From: an uncultured Flavobacteriales bacterium
Lineage (GTDB): Bacteria > Bacteroidota > Bacteroidia > CAIKAF01
Reading direction: 5' to 3'
Length of the DNA: 64,000 nucleotides
Assembly: GCA_903837495.1 (NCBI GenBank)
Contig: CAILUT010000011.1
Location: 1,946 to 65,945 of the forward strand
Shown piece by piece: positions 49,934 to 58,998 of the stretch (within the stretch, counting starts at the first letter, position 1; each line of letters begins with the position of its first letter). A model generated the notes under the pieces. It was not told the DNA's origin, ran no database searches, and was given only the letters and a program-made list of their open reading frames with translations. Made by a program: the position numbers and the translations under genes.

Positions 49934-51186
49934 AGCTTTGGTATCAAAATTCGTTTGCTGACCTGAAATCCTGCCGACAATCCGCGGCCAGCCGCATTTG
50001 GCCAAATGGATTCGGCATTTCGGGTAAAAAGCTGAAAAGCCCAGCCCCTACCTGCATCTACCCCAAAGTTAAGGCCTACCTTCCATAGGCATACTCCCCC
50101 ACCCGATGCACTTATTCCGGCATTCAGCCGCCCTTTACCCAAATAATAAAAAGCCAATTCCACCTCAGGAATTGGCATTAAATGCGGAGCATAATGCACC
50201 TGTGCCTGAAGCAAGGCCTTGTTTTGGAAAAGCCGCCGGCCGTAACCCAGCCGAATTCCAACCGGAAGAACGCTTTCAAAAGACCGCCGTACATCTGAAA
50301 CAATTAAATTAGAACCTATGCTGTCCAATTGTTCTTGGAACAAGGTTTCGCCTACCTCGGCTATATTGGGTACTGCAAAACCCGACCAAACCAGTTCTGA
50401 ATCCAATTCGATTGCCTGGGCTTGCCGATTCCAAAACATCAACCCCGCATCTTGCACCGAAAAGCTCACAACATGTCCGTTCTTATGCTGGTATTCAAGG
50501 CTGCCCCGAAACGAAAAACCCAATCCGGCCGGATATAAAAATGCCGAACCCGATGGGTCCGAAGCCCGAAGCTGAACTCGATCCATGCCCAGGCGGAGCT
50601 CATCTCCGTCCGGGTGGGTGTAAAAACTCCCCCCCTGCATTTGGGCATCTCGAAAAAAACTGCCGTTTACAAAGCCCAAACCAAAACTTAAAAACCAGGT
50701 TGAATTTGTTCGGCTAAAGGCCCTGGCCAAGGAAAAATCAATGGTTTGGTAGTTGGTTAAAAACCCCGACCCCGCATTCAAATCCAAAGTTTGACCTGCG
50801 TAGGGAGCATTGCCTCGACTGATTAACCCAAACAAATCGGCGTCGTAAGAAGCATAACCAATCCAAGAATTTGAAAATCCCAAGGAATGCCTCCACTGCC
50901 CTCCGCCGAAAGCCGAATCCAAACCCCAATATCGAAAAGCCGTTTCCCAGCGTCCGCTGGCGTATCCCTGCTGATCGGCTTGCACCGAAAGCATGTCGGC
51001 CTGGCTGAACGACTTGCCAATCAAAGCTTGAGAAACAAACCAGCCGTTCAGGTGGCTGGACTCAAAATTGCCCTCAGAATGCAAGCTAACCTGCCCTTGA
51101 CTGGAATACCTGTCGTGGAAAAAATCGGGCCTGGCCTGATTCCCAAACCACCCAAACAATGGAAATAAAAAAGGAATGGGGTTCAT
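49930..51186 (-). CDS. putative outer-membrane beta-barrel protein, unknown family (2nd gene of a coupled operon)
   Basis: 418 aa. Gly/aromatic-rich with an alternating hydrophobic pattern typical of OM barrels (…GFSFRGSLEYQ…, …LAFYYLGKGRLNAGISAS…). Overlaps the upstream gene by 4 nt. Confidence 0.4.
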   Translation of the reverse strand: MNPIPFLFPLFGWFGNQARPDFFHDRYSSQGQVSLHSEGNFESSHLNGWFVSQALIGKSFSQADMLSVQADQQGYASGRWETAFRYWGLDSAFGGGQWRHSLGFSNSWIGYASYDADLFGLISRGNAPYAGQTLDLNAGSGFLTNYQTIDFSLARAFSRTNSTWFLSFGLGFVNGSFFRDAQMQGGSFYTHPDGDELRLGMDRVQLRASDPSGSAFLYPAGLGFSFRGSLEYQHKNGHVVSFSVQDAGLMFWNRQAQAIELDSELVWSGFAVPNIAEVGETLFQEQLDSIGSNLIVSDVRRSFESVLPVGIRLGYGRRLFQNKALLQAQVHYAPHLMPIPEVELAFYYLGKGRLNAGISASGGGVCLWKVGLNFGVDAGRGWAFQLFTRNAESIWPNAAGRGLSAGFQVSKRILIPKL

Positions 51187-52790
51187 CGGTTAAATCCTAT
51201 GTTCACTCCGGCACGAGCCACCAACCGAAAATCCATGTAATAATGGCTTTTCATCGACACCAAATTGGCTCCGGGCGGGGTGTTTAAAAAAGCTTTCAAT
51301 TTTACAAATGCCGTTTGCTTCAGCACACCCAGTTTGGCCTCGCTTACCTCTATGCTTTGATTAAACGCCACCGCCTGTTCTACAATTCCAGTGTTTGGGT
51401 TGGGTTGCCCGGCAGGAACAATTAAATTTTGAATCAGGGTGTCGAGCACCTGCCTATTGGCATCCAACAGTTCAATCAGCAAACGGGTTTCAAAGGGGAA
51501 CAAGGTTTCGCCCTTTAACCACAGGGTGGCGTTGTTCAGGGCTTTGTAATCGGATTCCTTCAGCGTCCAGGCAACCGTATCGGTAAAGGCCAAATTTTGA
51601 GCCGAAAACTTCATGGGCAAACGGGCATCAATGCTAAACTTGGGCAAGGCATCGGGATATATAAAATCCATAAATCCTGCGGTATTGCCCAAGGGATTTA
51701 TGCTTACATCTACCTCAACCCCAATTTCATCGGGCAGGGCCGATAAAAAATCCAGAATGTTGGAATTTTGGTTGTTGATTTCGTAGGTGTAGGTCTTGGG
51801 CGCGGGTGCTGCTCCGCCGCCCGTCCAAACTGCCCGATCTATCCATAAATTTTTGTTGATGATGTCGTGTTGAAGGTCCACCTGCAAACCGCTCTCGCTT
51901 CGTTCTGCCCAAAAACGCCTTGGCCTTACCTTTAATTCAGCTCCCAAGGTGTTTTCTAACCGCAAAACAACACGGGCTTGCTCAAATTGAACGGCATCGG
52001 CCGACAACTTGCTGAGCTCGGGAATGCGCGTCAAAGAGGCGGGAATCGACAGCTCTTGAGGCAAAAAGGCCCCACGCAACCACAGTGGATCCATGTCTTT
52101 GAACTGGGTGGCTATCGTAAATAAGGCTTGACCTTGCTGCACGTTCAGCGGCTCTTCGCCCGCAGCAATAGAAGGCAGAACCATAATTTCTAGGCGGTTT
52201 GAGCCCTTTAAATCCAATCCCCGCAAATCCAACCTATGGCCCGCCAAATCGAACGATCGGCTCAGGGCCACCGGATTTTGCCCGGGTACCCAAGCCGCTA
52301 AACTCCCTGAAAATCCAATGGCTTGACCATTCAACCTGGCCATAGGAATGCTGTACTTGAAATTCATTTTACGCGGAATCGATGAACTAACCGCAACGTC
52401 AATCCGCCCCCCCTCCATCAATGCCTCCACCATTTCAGCATTGGGCACCATAAAATTCATGTAAATGGGAGGCAGTTGCATGTCGATCCCCGGATAAATG
52501 GTAATGGCCGGATAATCCCAATAAAAGGTATCGTTCACCGCCAGGGTTCGAAAGGCCGACAGGGTATCCAAATTAATCGGAAGGGCATTCCCTTGAATTT
52601 CCAAAACCAACTGCCCATTGGGATCAACAGCCACCGATGAATCTCCCACCAAATTCTGCAAGGTCATTCGGCTGTGCATAATAGGCGCCAAGGCTTCCAC
52701 ATCCCAATCGGTTTCAGAAGGGTTGCAGGCCAAAAGACCAACTAAGATTCCTAAGAATAAGAAGAGCTTTTTCACAGAATAAAGGTACAT
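51183..52790 (-). CDS. large lipoprotein of unknown function (1st gene of a coupled operon)
   Basis: 535 aa. Signal plus lipobox LVGLLAC. No recognisable catalytic motif. Confidence 0.5.
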   Translation of the reverse strand: MYLYSVKKLFLFLGILVGLLACNPSETDWDVEALAPIMHSRMTLQNLVGDSSVAVDPNGQLVLEIQGNALPINLDTLSAFRTLAVNDTFYWDYPAITIYPGIDMQLPPIYMNFMVPNAEMVEALMEGGRIDVAVSSSIPRKMNFKYSIPMARLNGQAIGFSGSLAAWVPGQNPVALSRSFDLAGHRLDLRGLDLKGSNRLEIMVLPSIAAGEEPLNVQQGQALFTIATQFKDMDPLWLRGAFLPQELSIPASLTRIPELSKLSADAVQFEQARVVLRLENTLGAELKVRPRRFWAERSESGLQVDLQHDIINKNLWIDRAVWTGGGAAPAPKTYTYEINNQNSNILDFLSALPDEIGVEVDVSINPLGNTAGFMDFIYPDALPKFSIDARLPMKFSAQNLAFTDTVAWTLKESDYKALNNATLWLKGETLFPFETRLLIELLDANRQVLDTLIQNLIVPAGQPNPNTGIVEQAVAFNQSIEVSEAKLGVLKQTAFVKLKAFLNTPPGANLVSMKSHYYMDFRLVARAGVNIGFNR

Positions 52791-52882
52791 ATTTTTTATT
52801 CAGGGGCTCAAGTCTTTGGCAAACGGACAATGCCCGTTTTAAGGTACACCCCTGCATCGAACAGCCCAAAAAAGCACTTTAT

Positions 52883-54097
52883 TTAACCTTCAAAAAACGG
52901 AGGCAATTCCAGCCCATCGGGCCCGTATTGCTGAGGCACGGAAGCTCCCGGAAAATCGTGCGGGTACAGATATCCTTTTCCATATCCTTCCATTTTCATC
53001 CAATCGGTGGGGGCATTTCGCAAATGCAGGGGCACGGGCAAATCGCCGGTTTGCCGCACAAAGTCCAGCGCCCGGTCAATGGCCAGGTAGGCTGCATTCG
53101 ATTTGGCCGATTTTGCCAGGTACACCACAACCTGCGACAAAACAATGCGCGATTCAGGCATTCCAATGGCTTTCACCGAATCCAGGCAAGCCTGAGCCAG
53201 CAGCAGGGCGTTGGGGTTGGCAATTCCAATGTCTTCCGAGGCTAAAATCAGCATGCGCCGGGCAATAAACTCCGGTTTTTCTCCTCCGTGCAGCATGCGG
53301 GCCAGCCAGTACAGCGCCGCCTGCACATCCGATCCGCGCAGGCTTTTAATAAAAGCCGACACCACATCGTAGTGCATTTCGCCCGATTTATCGTAGCGCC
53401 AGCGGGGATCTTGCAGGGCGGCGGCCAGCACCGCCCCATCGATTCGGGCTTTTTCTCCGTCAAAGGCATAATTTACGGCCATTTCAAGGGCATTCAGCAT
53501 GCGCCGGGCATCGCCGCCACCGGCTTGAATCAGGGCTTCCGCTTGCAGCAGCTCCACCTTACGCTCTTGCAGCCAGGCATCTTCCAGCAGGGCGCGCTGC
53601 AGCACCTCGTTCAGTTCTTGGGTACTTAGGGGTTGCAAGGTCAGCACCTGGCAGCGGCTCAGCAGGGCCGAATTAACCTCGAACGAAGGATTTTCGGTGG
53701 TCGCACCAATCAGGGTAAAAAGCCCTTGCTCCACGGCGGCAAGCAGCCCATCTTGCTGGCTTTTGTTGAATCGGTGAATTTCGTCAATAAAAACCAAGGG
53801 TTTCGCTTGGTATTCAAACAGCGAAGATTTGCGGGCCTTTTCAATCAGGTCGCGAATGTCTTTCACCCCGCTCGACACAGCGTTAATGGCGTCAAAGGGC
53901 CTGCCGGTTTCCAGCGCCAGCACGCGGGCCAGGGTGGTTTTGCCGGTTCCGGGGGGGCCATAAAAAATCAAAGAAGGGAGCAGACCAGATTTCAGCCATT
54001 TGCGCAGGGCATTCACAGCAACCGACTGTCCCTGAACCTGTTCCAGCGATTTCGGACGCAAGCGTTCCGGCAAAGGTATGTGGTTGGCCTCCATGTA
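52883..54097 (-). CDS. rarA: replication-associated recombination protein A (AAA+ ATPase RarA/MgsA)
   Basis: Walker [10 protein letters not shown]. Walker [14 protein letters not shown]-terminal MgsA domain is present. Start chosen at [14 protein letters not shown]; the ORF could extend to 54118. Confidence 0.9.
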   Translation of the reverse strand, partial: YMEANHIPLPERLRPKSLEQVQGQSVAVNALRKWLKSGLLPSLIFYGPPGTGKTTLARVLALETGRPFDAINAVSSGVKDIRDLIEKARKSSLFEYQAKPLVFIDEIHRFNKSQQDGLLAAVEQGLFTLIGATTENPSFEVNSALLSRCQVLTLQPLSTQELNEVLQRALLEDAWLQERKVELLQAEALIQAGGGDARRMLNALEMAVNYAFDGEKARIDGAVLAAALQDPRWRYDKSGEMHYDVVSAFIKSLRGSDVQAALYWLARMLHGGEKPEFIARRMLILASEDIGIANPNALLLAQACLDSVKAIGMPESRIVLSQVVVYLAKSAKSNAAYLAIDRALDFVRQTGDLPVPLHLRNAPTDWMKMEGYGKGYLYPHDFPGASVPQQYGPDGLELPPFFEG

Positions 54098-54139
54098 AAT
54101 TCGGCCGAAAGGTAGCAAAATAAGGCATTCCCTGAACGT

Positions 54140-54240
54140 GGGAGTGATTGGGGCGGCAGCCGGGCTTTCAGGGGTAGTCGGCGCATGCCGGGGGCGTGGT
54201 GGGGGAAAAGCAACCCAATGCAGAGTTCGGCCTTGCGGGG
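54140..54240 (-). repeat. partial/diverged copy G of the GC-rich intergenic repeat (reverse orientation)
   Basis: Its reverse complement contains …CCCCGCAAGG… and the 3' block GACTACCCCTGAAAGCCCGGCTGCCGCCCC. It lacks the GGCGACCTTGGGAGC core. Located in the rarA/gltX divergent intergenic region. Confidence 0.55.
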
Positions 54241-54374
54241 TTCATTGAATTTGGGTAAATTTTGAGAAAAACGCCATGGAAATCGAGCTGCAGCCTTTAC
54301 CTAAAAAATCCAGCAAACCGAGGGCAATGGGTAAAAAAACGCTGGGTGTTGTACCTTTGCAGCAAATTTGTTGA

Positions 54375-55898
54375 ATGAAGACTCCTGTTTGTGTGCGATT
54401 TGCTCCCAGTCCAACCGGCCCTTTGCATTTGGGCGGGGTTCGGACTGCGTTGTACAATTACCTGTTTGCCAAAAAACACGGTGGGCAGTTTATGCTGCGC
54501 ATTGAAGATACGGACCAAGCCCGTTTTGTGCCCGGGGCCGAACAGTACATCATGGATTCTTTGCGCTGGTGCGGCTTGCAGTGGGACGAAGGCCCCGAAG
54601 CCGAAGGCAGCAAAGGCCCTTACCGGCAATCGGAACGCAAAGACATGTACCGGCAATACGCCGAACAATTAATCCAAGCCGGAAAAGCCTATTACGCTTT
54701 TGATACCCAAGAAGAATTGGAAGACGTTCGCGAACGCATGAAAGCCTCGGGAAACAATACCTGGCAGTACAATTCCATTACTCGGGTAAACATGAAAAAC
54801 TCCCTTACCCTACCCGCCGACGAAGTGAAGCGGCGCTTGGATTCGGGCGAAGCCTATGTGGTGCGGTTGCTGGTTCCACGAAACACCGACATCAAAGTAA
54901 ACGACTTGATTCGCGGCGTGGTGGTGGTAAAATCGGAACACATTGACGACAAGGTGCTGTTTAAAAGCGATGGCATGCCGACCTACCACTTGGCCAACGT
55001 GGTGGACGACCATTTGATGGGAATAACCCATGTGATTCGTGGGGAGGAATGGCTGCCCTCGGCCCCTTTGCATGTGCTGCTGTATGAATCGCTGGGCTGG
55101 ACCGACACCATGCCTCAATTTGCGCATTTGCCCCTTATTTTGAAACCCGACGGCAACGGCAAGTTGAGCAAGCGCGATGGAGACCGTTTGGGATTTCCTG
55201 TTTTTCCGCTGGAATGGAAAGACCCGGCCACCGGAGAAATTTCATCGGGTTACCGAGAAGGAGGCTGGTACCGCGAGGCCGTGGTGAATTTGGTCGCACT
55301 GTTGGGTTGGCACCCTACAAACAACCAAGAGGTATTTAGCATGGACGAATTGATTGAGGCCTTTAGCCTAGAAAAAGTGGCCAAAGCCGGAGCCAAATTC
55401 GATGTTGAAAAGGCCAGGTGGTTTAATCAGCATTATTTAAGGCAACAAACAGACCTGCAATTGGCGGATGCCATCAAACCCCAATTGGCAGATCTTGATT
55501 TTACGGAAGAATTGCTGCTAAAAACAATAGCCTTGGTACGCGACCGAGCTGTATTTCCCGCCGATGTAGCCGAGGACGTTGCTGGCCTTTTGCAGGCTCC
55601 AAAGGCCTATCAAAAAGATGCCTTAGCCTCCAAATGGAAGGCCGATTCGGCCGAAAAACTACAAGGCCTGTTGAATTGGATGGAATCTGAACCGCATTTA
55701 GAACCTGCCAACATTGGGCCCGGCATAAAAAACTGGCTAAACGAACAGAACTATGGAATTGGCAGTGTAATGCCGCTGGTACGCATTGCATTAACGGGCG
55801 GATTAAGCGGTCCTGATATTTTTGAGACCATAGGGTTGATTGGTTTAGAGGCCACGGGGCAGCGCATTTCAGCCTTGTTAAACCAGCAGCAACAATGA
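54375..55898 (+). CDS. gltX: glutamate--tRNA ligase
   Basis: 507 aa. HIGH-type motif PSPTGPLHLGG. KMSKS-type KLSKR. Confidence 0.95.
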   Translation: MKTPVCVRFAPSPTGPLHLGGVRTALYNYLFAKKHGGQFMLRIEDTDQARFVPGAEQYIMDSLRWCGLQWDEGPEAEGSKGPYRQSERKDMYRQYAEQLIQAGKAYYAFDTQEELEDVRERMKASGNNTWQYNSITRVNMKNSLTLPADEVKRRLDSGEAYVVRLLVPRNTDIKVNDLIRGVVVVKSEHIDDKVLFKSDGMPTYHLANVVDDHLMGITHVIRGEEWLPSAPLHVLLYESLGWTDTMPQFAHLPLILKPDGNGKLSKRDGDRLGFPVFPLEWKDPATGEISSGYREGGWYREAVVNLVALLGWHPTNNQEVFSMDELIEAFSLEKVAKAGAKFDVEKARWFNQHYLRQQTDLQLADAIKPQLADLDFTEELLLKTIALVRDRAVFPADVAEDVAGLLQAPKAYQKDALASKWKADSAEKLQGLLNWMESEPHLEPANIGPGIKNWLNEQNYGIGSVMPLVRIALTGGLSGPDIFETIGLIGLEATGQRISALLNQQQQ

Positions 55899-56251
55899 GG
55901 CAGCGCATAGCCATAAAAGAACTGCGTTTTTTTGGCTACCATGGGGTTTATGAACATGAAAAAAAAAACGGGCAATGGTTTAGCCTGAATCTTTCGGCCG
56001 ACTTGGAATTGGATGACCGGGCATGCCAGGCAGATTTGGTTGAGGGCACCACCGATTATGGCTGCGTGGTTCAAAGCATGTTGGACGAAATGAAAACCCC
56101 ATCGAACCTATTGGAGCATGCTCTAGCTAGGCTAAAAACCCGTTTAATTCGAGAATACCCTGAAATGAAAAACGTTTCTTTATCGTTGGCTAAACAAAAC
56201 CCCGCCGTTGGAGGTTATGTAGCTGAGTTTGAAGTATCTGTTTTTTGGTAA
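55895..56251 (+). CDS. folB: dihydroneopterin aldolase
   Basis: 118 aa. The FFGYHGVYEHEKKNGQ block is characteristic of FolB. Overlaps the gltX stop by 4 nt. Confidence 0.8.
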   Translation: MRQRIAIKELRFFGYHGVYEHEKKNGQWFSLNLSADLELDDRACQADLVEGTTDYGCVVQSMLDEMKTPSNLLEHALARLKTRLIREYPEMKNVSLSLAKQNPAVGGYVAEFEVSVFW

Positions 56252-56254
56252 AGC

Positions 56255-56440
56255 ATGCAATTAAAAGTTCCCTCAAAGGTTTGTCCGGCTTGTTTTAAGA
56301 AATTTCATTGCCATGAAAAGCCGGGCTGTTGGTGTGAGAGTGTTTGCTTGTCGAGAGATACCTTATCAAAATTAAGGAAGCGGTATGTAGATTGCCTTTG
56401 CGATACATGTTTGGCCTTGTACAACACCTCAAAAAATTAA
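56255..56440 (+). CDS. cysteine-rich CWC-family small protein
   Basis: 61 aa with 10 Cys arranged as CPAC…C…CWC…C…C.C..C. Matches the Cys_rich_CWC pattern. Confidence 0.55.
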   Translation: MQLKVPSKVCPACFKKFHCHEKPGCWCESVCLSRDTLSKLRKRYVDCLCDTCLALYNTSKN

Positions 56441-56464
56441 CAACGCTTTTCCAATAGGGGGCTC

Positions 56465-56615
56465 AGCGGTAGGGATTGAGCAAGGTAGCCCGCCAAGTTG
56501 GCCTGGCCTGGCCCGCGCGGCGCGGAGGCGACTTTAGGAGCCCACGCAAGCCCGCTGGGCCGGCCAAGGGCAACTGCGGACTACCTGCGAAAGCCCGGCC
56601 ACCGCCCCTAAAAAT
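56465..56615 (+). repeat. GC-rich intergenic repeat element, copy F
   Basis: AGCGGTAGGGATTGAGCAAGGTAGCCCGCC … GCGGAGGCGACTTTAGGAGCCCACGCAAGCCCGCTGGGCCGGCC … GGACTACCTGCGAAAGCCCGGCCACCGCCCCTAAAAATAAAAAA. Confidence 0.85.
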
Positions 56616-56621
56616 AAAAAA

Positions 56622-57590
56622 TCAACGGAGCATTGCCTCCGAAGCCTTCCAACAAGGCAGCAGCCCCTTTTCTTGAGCGTAGTGCTGCCATTGGTCGGCG
56701 GGGCCCAAGCCCAGCATAAAATCGCCACCCCAAGCACCCATGGGTTTCAGAGCCCCGGGAGCGTCAGAAAAGGCCTGGGAAGGGTTGGGTTGCTGCAGCA
56801 ATTTTTGCAGAATCTTGTTGTGTTGATTCAATGCTAGGGTCCATTCTGAAACGGTTTGTTGCCGGTGCATGTGCAGGCTAATTTCAGAAATTTCGGCTGC
56901 CGCCATTTGCCGTTCCGCCAGGGAAAGCGCGCGGTATTGCCGAATGGCATCGGAGGATTGAGCCTTGCGGCCCAGGTAGAAAAAGTGCATTTGCTGCAGC
57001 AATTCAGGAGCCAAGGAAATGGGCTGAACCGAAGGAAAATCGGGCTTGTCAAGCCGGTACAAAATAGGCTGCAAGGCTGTTGCACAGGCAATGTCGTATC
57101 CAGACCCTCCAAAACTTTGCCGAAGCAGGGTGTAGGGATTCTGCTCTAGGAATTGCCCCAGCAAACTGACCAAGGTTGAGCTGCTACCGAGTCCCCAACT
57201 CCGGTTAAAATCGGCTTGAAAAACCAGTTTTTTAGACTTAAGGAAATGACGTTTCAGGTCTGCGGGAACGGCCGACAGAAGCTGTTCCAGCTTCTGGGCT
57301 ACGTCCTCGAGGTTGCTTTCCATGACCAAACCGGTTCCGGGATGTACAGTGGCTTTGAACCAGACATCTTGGTTGGCTTCTTGGCTTTCAATGAGGCAAA
57401 AATCGCCTTGGTAGGGTTCAATGTGGAGGGTTTGTCCCCATTTTAATGGAAGAGCAAGGGCCCAAGCTCCGTCCAAAACCACGTATTCAGCGCTGAGCAG
57501 AAACTTAGCGTTTGCCCTAAGGGGCGGTTGCCCAGTGTGGGATTGCTGGCTGATTTGCAATGGAATTAAGGGATGGGTGCCTGTCGCCAT
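56622..57590 (-). CDS. GHMP-family kinase of the mevalonate pathway (mevalonate kinase-like)
   Basis: 322 aa. GHMP ATP-binding motif WGLGSSSTLVSLL. N-terminal …AKFLLSAEYVVLDGAWALALPL… resembles the mevalonate kinase start. The 5' end overlaps the hmgR stop by 25 nt, so the true start is probably a downstream non-ATG codon. Confidence 0.6.
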   Translation of the reverse strand: MATGTHPLIPLQISQQSHTGQPPLRANAKFLLSAEYVVLDGAWALALPLKWGQTLHIEPYQGDFCLIESQEANQDVWFKATVHPGTGLVMESNLEDVAQKLEQLLSAVPADLKRHFLKSKKLVFQADFNRSWGLGSSSTLVSLLGQFLEQNPYTLLRQSFGGSGYDIACATALQPILYRLDKPDFPSVQPISLAPELLQQMHFFYLGRKAQSSDAIRQYRALSLAERQMAAAEISEISLHMHRQQTVSEWTLALNQHNKILQKLLQQPNPSQAFSDAPGALKPMGAWGGDFMLGLGPADQWQHYAQEKGLLPCWKASEAMLR

Positions 57591-58903
57591 TGTTCTAGGT
57601 GTTCGCGAACGGAGGTAAAAGAGACTTTGTGCTGTTTAAAATGTTCGACTGCGGCCAATTTTTCTGCTTCGCTGGCTTGAAAATGGTTTAAAATATTGAG
57701 CAAGTGCATTTTCATGTGGCCCTTTTGAATTCCGGTGGTGGTCAAGGAACGTAGGGCTCCGAAATTGTTGGCTAAGCCGGTGCAAGCTGCGATGCACATC
57801 AATTCTTCGGCCGAGGGTTTTCCGAGCAATTCAAGTGCATAAACAACGAGGGGGTGCAGGGTAGTTAGGCCACCGACCACTCCGAGCGCCATAGCCACTT
57901 CGAGGGTGTAGGTAAACATGCCATCGCTCAGATCGAGGTGGGTAAGGCTTTGGTACTGTCCGTTTCTTGCGGCGTAGGTGTGGCCACAGGCTTCAACGGC
58001 TCGGAAGTCGTTTCCGGTGGCAAGCACAACCGCGTCAATTCCATTGAAAATGCCTTTGTTGTGGGTAGTTGCCCGGTGCACATCAATTTCGGCTACGCGT
58101 ACGGCCTTTTGAAATTTCGAAGCGAAGGTTTGGGCGTCGATGCCTTCGTGGTTGCCCAGATCGGCAATGGGGCATTGCACCCAAGTGCGCACCAAGCAAT
58201 CGGGCGTATAATTGGACAAAATGCTCATGATAACGTGGACTTCGCGTTCCGAATCATCAAAATGCGGAGCGTCTTGCAACCAGTCCTTAAGGATTTGTGC
58301 GAATTCTTCTAGGCAGGAATTGATAAAATTAGCCCCCATAGAATCGCAGGTATTGAATCGGGCTTTAAGTTGAAAGTAGCCCGGTTCGGCATGGCAAAAA
58401 TCCAACAATTCCACATCTAAAATACCGCCACCGCGTTGCTGCATGTTGGCGGTAATGTGGGTAGTATTGGCAAACAGGAGCTGCTTGAGTTCAGAAAAAT
58501 GGCTTTTCAGGAGTTCGGCGCGTCCATTCCAAATAAAATGAACCTGCCCTATTTTAATTGCGCTCACAATTTCGGCATGAAAGCCGCCCTTATCGGACCA
58601 AAATTTTGCGCTTTTGCTGGCGGCGGCCACCACAGAACTTTCTTCAATCACCATGGGCACCATGTACAGGTGCTGATTGAGAAGCAAGTTTGGAAGCACC
58701 CCAAAAGGGAAGGCAAAGTTGCTTAAGGTATTCTCGCTAAATTCCTCAAGGCGCTGTTGCACCGCCGGATTGGGATGCCAAAAGCCTTTAAAATCGTTTT
58801 TGGCTTGAAGGGGATTGCTCAACAGATTTACCACTGCATCGAGCTTTTGCTCTTTAGATGCTTTTGAAAAACCGTCAATGGCCTTTAAAAATCGTTCGTT
58901 CAT
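57566..58903 (-). CDS. hmgA: hydroxymethylglutaryl-CoA reductase, class II
   Basis: 445 aa. …NTCDSMGANFIN… (the DAMGxN catalytic-region counterpart). Soluble class II length. Confidence 0.8.
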   Translation of the reverse strand: MNERFLKAIDGFSKASKEQKLDAVVNLLSNPLQAKNDFKGFWHPNPAVQQRLEEFSENTLSNFAFPFGVLPNLLLNQHLYMVPMVIEESSVVAAASKSAKFWSDKGGFHAEIVSAIKIGQVHFIWNGRAELLKSHFSELKQLLFANTTHITANMQQRGGGILDVELLDFCHAEPGYFQLKARFNTCDSMGANFINSCLEEFAQILKDWLQDAPHFDDSEREVHVIMSILSNYTPDCLVRTWVQCPIADLGNHEGIDAQTFASKFQKAVRVAEIDVHRATTHNKGIFNGIDAVVLATGNDFRAVEACGHTYAARNGQYQSLTHLDLSDGMFTYTLEVAMALGVVGGLTTLHPLVVYALELLGKPSAEELMCIAACTGLANNFGALRSLTTTGIQKGHMKMHLLNILNHFQASEAEKLAAVEHFKQHKVSFTSVREHLEQWRQAPIP

Positions 58904-58998
58904 TTCCGCGTTGCAAGAAGGTTAAAACAAAGAAACAGCGAAAACAGAGGGTTGTTTTGATTGAGCTGCAGTTTTTCCCCACAGCAGATTGTTGACAA

